From Blastocladiella emersonii ATCC 22665 (lineage: Eukaryota > Fungi > Blastocladiomycota), in contig JANHCV010000004.1 in NCBI GenBank assembly GCA_025594325.1, positions 1,798,001 to 1,862,000 of the forward strand: a stretch of 64,000 nt of DNA. The letters are read 5' to 3'. Made by a program: the position numbers and the translations under genes. Below the pieces are notes generated by a model. The model was given only the letters and a program-made list of their open reading frames with translations, was not told where the DNA came from and did not search any database. Positions 19,200-28,419 of this stretch are shown one piece after another; the stretch's first letter is position 1, and the number at the start of each line of letters is the position of its first letter.

Positions 19200-19900
19200 T
19201 CACTCGGCCGCCGCAGCCTCGTCGCCGGTGCTGCGTGGGCGCTTCCCGTCGGCGATGCGGCGGCGGCGGTGTGCCTTCTTGATCTTGTAGTTGGTGTAGA
19301 CGCCGAAGATGAAGGACATGAAGTTGAAGTAGGGCAGCCAGAGGTTGGGCGGGAGGAACTTGACGGCGACGAGCTGGACCGCGGGGAACACGGACCACGT
19401 CAGCTTCATGAGCGGGAGCAGGCCCTGGCGCAGCTCGCTGGCGATATCGGTGCGGCCCGCGATCAGCGCCATGGCCGACAGGTACACGGCGTTCTGGATC
19501 GGTGCCACGACCAGGTTCGCGCCGAGCATCTGGCCGACCATGGACGCGACCGACGACCCGTCGAACACGGCATTCAGCGCCGCGTACAGGTAGTGGCCCA
19601 GCGGACCGCTGATCAGGAACCCGTAGCCCGCCATCTTGAGCGCCTTCTCCAGCGTCAGGTACGGGTTCGGGTGCGCGCTCGCGAGCGCGTCCGAGATGTT
19701 CTCCTGCAAAAAGTTGAGGAAGGACGACGTCGCGGCCTGCGATCGCGAAGGGTGTGAGCGGTCGAGTTTCACAGCACCCGTGGCGCAGCGGGCGGGCAGC
19801 GTGCCTTGGTGAGGACGGGCCGCGCGGCGAGCAGCGCGACATACTTGGCCCACAGCAGGGCGACGGCGCTGTTGCGCGACTTGACCGCGGCAGATGTCAT
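19200..19900 (-). CDS. Mpv17/PMP22 (PXMP2-like) membrane protein, 210 aa
   Basis: Exons 19900-19805 and 19736-19200, joined by a GC-AG intron. This gives W..Y..LL..RPVLTK|AATSSFL...YGFLISGPLGHYLY...VAPIQNAVYL...TWSVFPAVQLVAVKFLPPNLWLPYFNFMSFIFGVYTN. Confidence 0.88.
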
Positions 19901-20206
19901 GGTTGGTGGTGGTGTCGATGCGTTGTAGGAAGGCAGGGTTACGTTACGTCAAGGTCGGAAGAGCGGGAGAGCGAGGACTCGGGCCGATGTTCGGCGCGTC
20001 GGCAGCGCGTAGCGTTTCAAGCCGCGCCGATCAGTGGCAACGTGTCACGCCGACCCGCGTGACGCCGTCAACTCGCCCTCGCGGCCCACCGCGCCACGCG
20101 GCCCCGCCCCGTCGTGCGCCACGATCCACGGCGGCGGTCGTGACGTTGACGACCCCGTTGGAGGACCCACACCCACGACGCACGCAACGCATCAACCACC
20201 ACCACC

Positions 20207-22496
20207 ATGGGCAAGGTTCCGACCAAGAAGCGCGCGAGCAAGCAGCGGCACAACCCGACGGGGCTCGTGTCGCACGCCGAGCTGCAGCGGGACATGGACA
20301 CGATGATGGACGAGGTTGAGCCCGAGACCGAGCCGACGCCCGAGGCCGTAACGGCCGCGATCCCGCTCCTCAACAAGCTGACGGCGCCCGACGCGGGCGA
20401 CCGCGTGTGGGCGGCGGCCGGCGTCGCCAACCTCGTCAGCGACCCCGCCAACCGCAAGGCGCTGCTGTCCAAGGGCCTCATTGACCTGCTCGTGTCGCAG
20501 GTCCAGACCGAGACCCACCCCGAGGTCCTGCTCGAGGTGACGGGCGCTGCCCGCAACCTCGTCACGGCCGACCCGTCCGTTGCCAACGAGCTCGGCCGCA
20601 AGGGCGTACTCGTCGGTCTCGAGGCCATCCTCGTCCAGTGCCGCAACCTCGTCGAGGCCATCTTCACCGACACCCCCGCCGCCAACGCCGAGGAGGAGGA
20701 CATGCGCCGCGCCGTCAACCCGCTCATCTCCAACGTGTTCACGCTGATCAACGCGCTCTGGTACGCTTCACTGCGTGTACCCGGTTACTGTCGCTTGAAC
20801 CTAACCACCGTCCTGAACCCTTAGCGTCGCGTCCAAGTCGGCGATCCGCGCCGCGACCCAGGCGCCGCAGACGCTGCCGTTCCTGCAGGACGTGATCCGC
20901 GCCGCGTCCAAGTTCCCGCTTCCCGTCGTGACCTCGGGCATGGCGCTGCTCGAGATCATGACCGAGGACAACACGCCCGCGCACCGCGCCATCGGCGACG
21001 ACGTGATCGACGCCCTGCCGTCGTTCCTGCACCACGCCGACGCCGCGGTCGCCGTGTCCGCCGCCGGCACCCTGTACAACCTGCGGTCGCGCGCCACCTC
21101 CGAGCAGTGGATCCGTCACATCCTCGTCTTCATGCACCACCACCTCGGCGACGCCGCGTCCACGCTGTGCGCTGACGCCACCGCGTACCTGCACGGCGCG
21201 CCCGCCGCGCGCACCGACGACGCCGAGATGGAGGTCGAGAACAACGAGCAGGCCAAGGAGACGGTCCAGGTCGAGGGCGTCGTTGACAAGCGGTACGACG
21301 CGCTCGCCGCGCGTGTCGCCACCACGTCCGCCGCGCTCGAGCTGCTCGCCAACCTGACGTCGCAGGTCGTCGAGCCCGGAGCCAACGATAGTGACGAGTG
21401 GATGGACGACGACGAGTTCGAGGCCGCCGATAACGCTGCGGCGAACGAGGACAACGAGGACGACGACGATGACGAGGAGGTGGACGCGGCCGTCGTCGAG
21501 CTCGCCGAGGAGGTCGGGACCAACGAGCTCGCCGCCGAGCTCAACGCCGACGACGCGGCGCTCGTGCAGATTGTCGAGTCGACGCGGTCCAAGCTGCAGC
21601 ACGAGTTTGCCCTGTCGCTGCCGTTGCTCGTCGCCATCGCCCGCACCACGTCCGTCGCGCTGCCCACGGACCCGAGCGCGACCGTCACGTCCAACATGCG
21701 CGAGCTCGTGGCCGCGGTGCAGACGGTGCGCGTGCGGTCGCTCGCGGTCCTCAACAACCTCTTCTTCGCGGTGCTCGCGCTCCCCGTCAAGAAGCGCGCC
21801 GGCCACCCGTTCCCGCTGCTCAACCTGATCATGACCCCCGGCACCGCCGCCGTCGCGCCACGCGCCCTGACGCAGTCGCTGTACGAGGACTTTGCCGCGA
21901 TCCTGCAGGACCTGGCGACCTCGTCGTCCGTGACGGCCGCCGAGCACGCGGCGCTCGCCAGCGAGCTCCTCGCCATGACGCTCGGCGCGATCTGGGGCCT
22001 GACCAAGAACTTTGACACGCCGTCGGACCTCGGCGCGGCCTCGTGGGTGGCGATCCCGCAGTCCGCCGTCGAGGCGCTCGTCCAGCTCTACTACTCGCCG
22101 CTGTCGTCGACGGCCGACGAGGAGCCGCGCGTCAAGCTGGTCGGCCTGCTGGGCGTCATCGGCAAGCGCCAGCCCGGCCACGTTGCCGCCAACGCGGCGA
22201 TCGGCGCGCACCTGTTCGCCCTGCTGCGCACCCCCTCCACGCTCCCGCCCGCGGTCCTCGCCGAGGTCCTCAACGCCGTCTTCGACATCTACGGCGACAA
22301 GGCGTACGACTACGACGCGCAGGTGTTCCGCCAGGCCGGCGCGCTCGCGGTCCTGCAGGCCGCGGTCGACGGCGTCAAGACCGTCGTCAAGGGTATCGAC
22401 CGCCGCCGGAACCGCGCGCTCCGCGACCACTGCGACGAGGCCCTCGTCAACCTGCGCGGGTTCATCAAGTACAAGCAGCAGGAGTACCGGTCGTAG
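20207..22496 (+). CDS. SYO1: Symportin Syo1 / HEAT repeat-containing protein 3 (uL5/uL18 chaperone)
   Basis: Basic N-terminus MGKVPTKKRASKQRHNP, ARM/HEAT repeats (DRVWAAAGVANLV, VTGAARNL), an acidic insert, and C-terminal EVLNAVFDIYGDKAYDYD...IDRR...DEALVNLRGFIKYK. Intron at 20761-20824. Confidence 0.85.
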
Positions 22497-22632
22497 GCGG
22501 TCTGGGTTCACGGTAGCGATGATGATGATGATACACCTTAGCAACAACATTGATCAGTTTTCTCAAACGTGTGTATTGCGCGTCGGTGACGCGCACGTGG
22601 GGAGGTGAACAAAATCAATGCTCGGATCGTGT

Positions 22633-23612
22633 CTACTCCGAGGTGTCCATGGGCGCGACGTCGGCCTCGGCCGTCGCTGGGGCGGCGGCCTCGCCGGTCG
22701 CAGCAGCACCAGCCGCGGCGCCGGTGCCGAGGTTGGTAGCGGCGGCGTACCGGGTGAGGTGGGCCTCGAGGTCGTCGCGGGCGAGCTGGCGGAACGGGGT
22801 GTCCACGCCGACGACGGCGATGGCGACGTTGTCGACGGTGAGCTCCTTGTCGGACGGCAGCGTGTCGCGGAGCGCGTGGAGGCCGTGGAGGACGAGGGCG
22901 TCGAGGTCCTCGGCCTCAAACTCGGCCACGTGCTTCTCGAGGTAGGTGCGGGCCGACTGCGAGCGCGACCCGATGCTGTGGGCGAGGTAGTCGAGGGCGT
23001 TGCCCGTGGGCGCAAACTCGTACAGGTGGGCGCCGGCCGCGTCAAAGGCGGCGACCAGGAACCCGACGCCGTAGGGCCGCGACCCGTACCGCTGCGTGTT
23101 GATCTGGGCCTTGTCGGCGACCGAGTGCACGGCGCGGTGCGCGGGGAGCGGACGCGCAAACACCATCTTGTGCCGCATGCACTCGTTGCGCATGTAGTTG
23201 CTCAGCACGCGCGCGTCCGACGTCAGGCCGGCGAACGCGATCCCCATGTGGTTGTCGAGCTTGACCACCTTCTTCTGGTAGCTCGCGAGCTCGCCGCCCT
23301 GGCGCTACACGCGTGGAACGGGACCGAGTCAGCGCGCGAGCAATCGAGGAGGGAGGGAGGAATGAGGGCAGGCGTACCTGCAGCGCGACGAGAACGACGT
23401 GGGTCTTGGACTTGATGCCGACGCACGCCGAGCCCTGCTTGACGGCCTCGAGCGCGTACTCGATCTGGTGCAGGCGGCCCTGCGGCGAGAAGGTCGAGAT
23501 ATCGTTGTCGTACTGGTTGCGGAACTACGGGCGGCGACGGCGGCGACGGCCTCGTGTCAGCGGATCCATGGTTGGGGGGATTGCATGAGGTGACATGGGG
23601 CGCACGCACCAT
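22633..23612 (-). CDS. PRE5: 20S proteasome subunit alpha-6 (Pre5 / PSMA1)
   Basis: Exons 23612-23610 (ATG only), 23524-23378 and 23304-22633. M|[32 protein letters not shown]...[12 protein letters not shown]...[15 protein letters not shown]. Confidence 0.97.
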
Positions 23613-23875
23613 GGCGGCGGGTAGTTCGTGAGGACCGGGTTGGCGGGCGGGAGCGGATGAGCGTCGCGTGCGGGCAAGACCGACGCGGCTTCGGCGGAAG
23701 GCGAACGTCAGCACCGCCGACGCGAGCCCACGAGGTCCCGCGACCGCGACAGGCGTGGCAGCCGCCGCGCCGACATGTCCGTCGCGTCGCCTCCTCGCTC
23801 TCCCTCACCTCTCGGTCACTTGAAGCCATGCTTCGTTGGATAAGCTTTCCCGTTATATCTACCCACACAAAACCT

Positions 23876-24928
23876 CTACTGACCCGGCCACGGCACCAGC
23901 GGCAGCCCCTTGACCACGATCCACGTGTCCGTCTCGCCGCTCTCGCTCGCCGAGATATCCACCGACGTGTACACCATGTAGTCGTTCGAGTGGAGCGCTG
24001 CCGTCAGCTGACCGACGACAAACTGGGCCTTTACGGCCTTGCCCGTGCTGCTCGGCCACCATGGGTCGTTGGCCAGGATAAACTCCCTCGCGCCGTAGTA
24101 CGCAAACGGCCCACGGGTTCGGTAGGGCCAGTACTTTGCAATCGTGTCTCGAACGACACAAATGGCCTTGTCGGGCGCTCCCTGGATGCGCAGCGAGGCC
24201 CGGCCCTTGAACGACACGGTGAACACGTCCGAGTCGTCGCTGAAGGTGATGGGCGCGGCGCGGAGCAGGACGTACGAGTCCTTGGACCGCTCACGCTTCG
24301 ACACGTCCGTCGTGAGCGCGACGCGCCAGCCGAGCGTCAGGAACGTGCGGAACAGAGCCGCGAGCAGCGCGCGCGCCGCGACACCCGTCTCGCCCGTGCT
24401 GCGCCACGGCTCGCCCTTGAGCCGGCACTCGAGCAGGTACATGTCGCAGTGGTTGGAAAACTTGGTGTTGCGGTGAGAATATGCGTAGAATCCGCGGGGC
24501 CAGTGCGTGCGCAGGCACCACTTCAGCGCGGCGCGCTCGTCCGCGTCCTGGACGCCCGAGATGCAGAGCTTGTCGAACCCGTGCAGCGAGACCACTACGG
24601 CGCCGGATGAGGCCGTGTAGACGGGCGGGCGGGCGGCGGCTTCGGCCTCAGCGAGCTCGACGGCTTCAATGGCGGCGGCCATCTCGGCCGCTTCTGCCGC
24701 TGCTTCGGCCTCGCGGTCCACCTTGACCGCGGAGCCCACAACAACCTCCTCCACCGGCGGGACTCGTTGAGCGAGGGTTTCGGACTCGATCTCGTCGGCA
24801 GGAGAATCCGTGCGCTCGTCGTCGCCGCCGGACGGGCCCGCAAGTTCGCTGTCGGCCGCGGGCGCAGGGGCAGCGGCAGCAGCGGGGGTGCTGGGCGTCG
24901 ATCGAAGGAGTTTCTTCAACAGGTTCAT
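23876..24928 (-). CDS. Uncharacterised protein with two ~110-aa alpha/beta repeats (~350 aa)
   Basis: Repeat 1: VSLHGFDKLCISG...HWPRG...CRLKGEPW...A...L...LGW...TTDVSK...KDSY. Repeat 2: VSFKGRASLRIQG...YWPY...EFILANDPW...SVDIS...ETDTW. Single exon, ATG 24928. Confidence 0.75.
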   Translation of the reverse strand: MNLLKKLLRSTPSTPAAAAAPAPAADSELAGPSGGDDERTDSPADEIESETLAQRVPPVEEVVVGSAVKVDREAEAAAEAAEMAAAIEAVELAEAEAAARPPVYTASSGAVVVSLHGFDKLCISGVQDADERAALKWCLRTHWPRGFYAYSHRNTKFSNHCDMYLLECRLKGEPWRSTGETGVAARALLAALFRTFLTLGWRVALTTDVSKRERSKDSYVLLRAAPITFSDDSDVFTVSFKGRASLRIQGAPDKAICVVRDTIAKYWPYRTRGPFAYYGAREFILANDPWWPSSTGKAVKAQFVVGQLTAALHSNDYMVYTSVDISASESGETDTWIVVKGLPLVPWPGQ

Positions 24929-26984
24929 TGGATTCGTTCGCTCGCTGCTGGACGATAGAGAGGGGGAGCGGTCAGCATCTCTTGTGTCATGTGGCGAGCC
25001 AGGCGTTACACCCAACTCCTCACTCACGGCCAGGTGAAGCGCTCGACCGAACGGCGTGCAGGTTGGAAGCTTCCTTCGCAGTTCGACAAGTTGAGAGAGC
25101 GCTCACCAGGTGGTGCTGTGATGTGGCGTTGAGTCGGAAACTCCCTTGCGACGGGTCACGCGCGATCACTTGAGCGCCACAACTACTCCCCACCGCCACT
25201 CGCGGCCGGGCGCGTGCGTGCGGCCCTGTGCGCGCAGGCCCGCTGCGGCCGTCCAGTATAAGTAGTTGCAGGGTTCCCGCCATCCCTGGTTTTGTTACAT
25301 TGAAGTTACTTTTTCGTATATTCTATTGAATACACGACTCCATAACTTATCCCACATCGGGTTTCTATGGAGGCTCTGCGATGATCGGACCGCTCCTTCC
25401 AACCCCGGGCGACTCATCACCAGCACGCAGCTCTGAAGGTGTCGATGTTCCATTTCCACCATCAAGCCTATTAGCTGCAGGCACATGCCCTACGTTGCTA
25501 CTTTGGCCTCTTTCGTTACTCCGAGACCGGTTCTCGAGCGGCTTCGTGCTCTCCGTGCAGACTCACGGGTCTTTTTCGCATCTCCGGGCATGCTGCGCCC
25601 GAGCCAACCGTGGACGTGCGTGTGCGCCCGCTCATGTCAACGTTGAGATGAGAGAGAAGTATTGTTAGTCTGGCTCTGACGTCGTGGCAAGAGTTTGGCG
25701 GCCGTCAACGCTCGCAGTGCATATAGCCTGAGGTCGGACAGGATCACCGTGAGAGACGGCGCGTGGATGACCGTGAATGCAGTGGCTTAGCCGCCGTCAC
25801 GCGAGTAGCGCGTCGCGTCGTGTCGCGTTTCCTTGACTCCCGGAGCTACGTCGTGTTCCACCCCGCAGACGATAGCTCTTAGCGCACGAACAAGAAGAAG
25901 GCTTAGCCCTGACGGCGTTCTACACGTTCGCGGGCAGGTAAGTGAGCGCGAAGGGCCCATCCGGCGGAGGAGCGCCCTGAGCTCCTTGATACGAGACAAC
26001 TGCTGGACTACTATCAAGTCAAACAACTTGTTGCACCGTGAGCCGAGCAAGTACTCGCACAACGGGTACTCGGGTGCGCATCAGACAACGATCAGAGTGC
26101 CGAAAGGTGCGACTGGATCGCGCGACCGTGGGCTCACCGCCATGTCTCAATGATAAGTGCGTTGATGGGGGTTCCGAACAGTAAAGGACAGCAGCTGGGA
26201 ATGGACGGCGAAAGTCCTCGGTACGTCTAGTACAGAAGCTTTACTTCGTGCCAGTTCATGGGCAATGGCGATGAATTTGGGCATGGCTGACTTTCGACAC
26301 AGGCACAGGGTGGCTGTGCTCGAGTGCTTGCAGGTCGCAATGACGGGATTCAAGATGTTGAGTCGAGTGAGCAGCCGTTGGCCAGTCTCACCAGTCAGTG
26401 CAGGTCGCCGAATCGCGACGCGCGACGCAACTCAACGGCGATCACGAGTTGAAACCGCGCCATCTGTTCATTCGCACCGCGCGTGTGAGGTATCGAAGGA
26501 GCTGGGTTGAGGATCGGACGCGTCTCGCCTCGCAGCGACGCCTCGGGGTTTGGTGCTGCTGGTGTTGAAAGCAAATCGTTTTGCGCGGCCGGCGACCGCG
26601 TGGGCCAAGCAAGTGTGGCGCAGCGCGTCGTGTGTCAGCCACACGGCGCCCGAACAAGCCGTCACTGAGTGCTCGCTCGCTTCCTCCGCCGTTTGAATCT
26701 GTCGAAACCTATGCGATGAGATGAGCTTGATGGTCATACTGAAGTGGGTCGAGGTCGCTGTCAGCAATTTGCCATCGTAGCGCTCGTTCGGCCTTGAATT
26801 GTATCCTACGTCCCGTGCTCACCGAGCGACGAAACACGAATGTAATAGGGATAGAGAAAGCTTGAATCCGTTCGAGTCCCGTGCCGGCCCGTGTCAGCGA
26901 CCACCGCCTGCCTCGGCCTTCGTCGCTTCACAGCAACCTCTTCCGCTCCAAATCCCTGCACTCCTTGTATCAACGCTACACTTC

Positions 26985-27286
26985 ATGAATCGCGCTGCGA
27001 TCGACACCATGTCACTTCCTCTGCTGCTTCCCATTTATGTCATGTTCGCGGTTATAGCGGGTCTCGGAGTTTGGTCTGAGCAGAAGTCGTCCAACTCGGC
27101 CGAGAAGCTGGCCGAGACGTTGCCCGTCACGCCGCTGACGCGCCCGGCAACCATCGGCCTCACAATGATCGTGTTCTTCATCACCATGCTCGTGCTGGTG
27201 TGGGCTACACGATCGTTGGTGCGGCAGATGAGCTCACGCGTTGCTGGCGACCCGTCAGGTGCTCGCGCGGAACGCGAACCATCGTT
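26985..27286 (+). CDS. Small membrane protein, tandem copy 1 (3' end unresolved)
   Basis: MNRAAIDTMSLPLLLPIYVMFAVIAGLGVWSEQK...IGLTMIVFFITMLVLVWATRSLV has two hydrophobic helices. Donor GTACGT at 27287. Confidence 0.5.
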
Positions 27287-27377
27287 GTACGTCCGTTTGT
27301 ACGCTGTCGAGCTGGACTCGGCAAGACTGACCGTGTCCATCCTCTCTCGCGGGTTCATCGATTCAACGCTGCACTTG

Positions 27378-27867
27378 ATGAATCGCGCTGCATCTTACGT
27401 CAAGCTGCTTCTTCAACTCCCGCCTACGTGCTTCTCGCGGTCGCGACAGGTCTCGGTTTCTGGACCGCGTACAAGATGTTCGACGTGACCGAGACCATGG
27501 TCAAGAAGCTGCCGACGGCCGAGTCGCCGCTGGAGCTCGTGCTCATCAGCTCCATGTGCGTCGGTCCCGGGATCACCATGATCGCGCTCGCGTGGGTCGC
27601 GCGGTCGTGGGTGGCGGTGCTTGCCAACCCGGCGGCAGTCACGCCTGTTCAGTACCAAGTGGCTGCGGGGTACGTTTGTTTGCTGGATCCGGCCGAGCGA
27701 TCGCGCTGCCTAACCTTCTCGCGCACAGCTACTCTTCCTCCTCGGGCGATTCCACATGGCCCTTCTTCCTCCTCCCATTCCTCCCCCTCTTCTTCCTCGT
27801 GGCGTCTCCCTTCTTGTCGGAGTTCGGAAGTCTCGTCCTCGCCATCCTCCGCAAGTACGCGTTGTGA
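27378..27867 (+). CDS. Small 3-TM membrane protein, tandem copy 2 (1-nt frameshift near 27420)
   Basis: MNRAASYVKLLLQLP / AYVLLAVATGLGFWTAYK...CVGPGITMIALAWVARSWV...AAG, then an intron, then YSSSSGDSTWPFFLLPFLPLFFLVASPFLSEFGSLVLAILRKYAL*. Its upstream sequence tcaacgctgcacttgatgaatcgcgctgc matches copy 1. Confidence 0.5.
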
Positions 27868-28419
27868 CCGGGGCGAGATGCACATCGAGCGAGCCGCCTG
27901 GCTTTCCACCTGCACCACCGACCCGTACGCCTCGACTTGTCGGCTGCACCGCGCCGACCACGTGAACTGACCGCCGTGGTCACCTTCGTAGCCTTCACCA
28001 TCAACCTTGGACCTGCCCGCGACCGCCATGGTGCTCGAGTCAGCGCCCCTCGCTCTCGACCCTCAGCGGCCGTCGTTCCGTCCCGTCCCTCTTTCTGAAA
28101 ACAATCTGTTTCCTCGCAACCACGCGTGAGAGGTATCGAGAGCGCCGAGGGCTGAGGGTTGAGGGTTCGGGCGCGTCTCGCGTCGCGGCAGAGACAGAAA
28201 CGTGATTTCGCGACGCGTCCGCCGACCTACATCGCATCTCGTCGCGATCCTATAACGTCGGCTTCCGTGCAAACTCTTGTTAAATAAACTCCGTCGACCT
28301 GAGATCGGCCGCTAGCTTTCCCCTCGCGCATTCCTCTCCGCGCTCATTCAACCCAGACACCGATTCACGCTCTGACACACAAAAAGGCATGTGGTATATC
28401 CCCCGCTTCCACCCCTCCA

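Larger units (their letters stand above)
26450..28190 (+). repeat. Degenerate ~90-bp direct repeats (~26450-26540 and ~28097-28190) bracketing a tandem gene pair
   Basis: atctgtt..tcgca..cgcgtgWgaggtatcga...gggttgagg..tcggRcgcgtctcgc.tcgc.gc is present in both copies. Confidence 0.7.

Noticed and set aside
26870-26880. GTTCGAGTCCC B-box/T-loop-like sequence suggesting a tRNA or SINE
   Set aside because: The T-stem cannot pair, and no A-box or cloverleaf is present. No tRNA or rRNA genes were recognised in the window.
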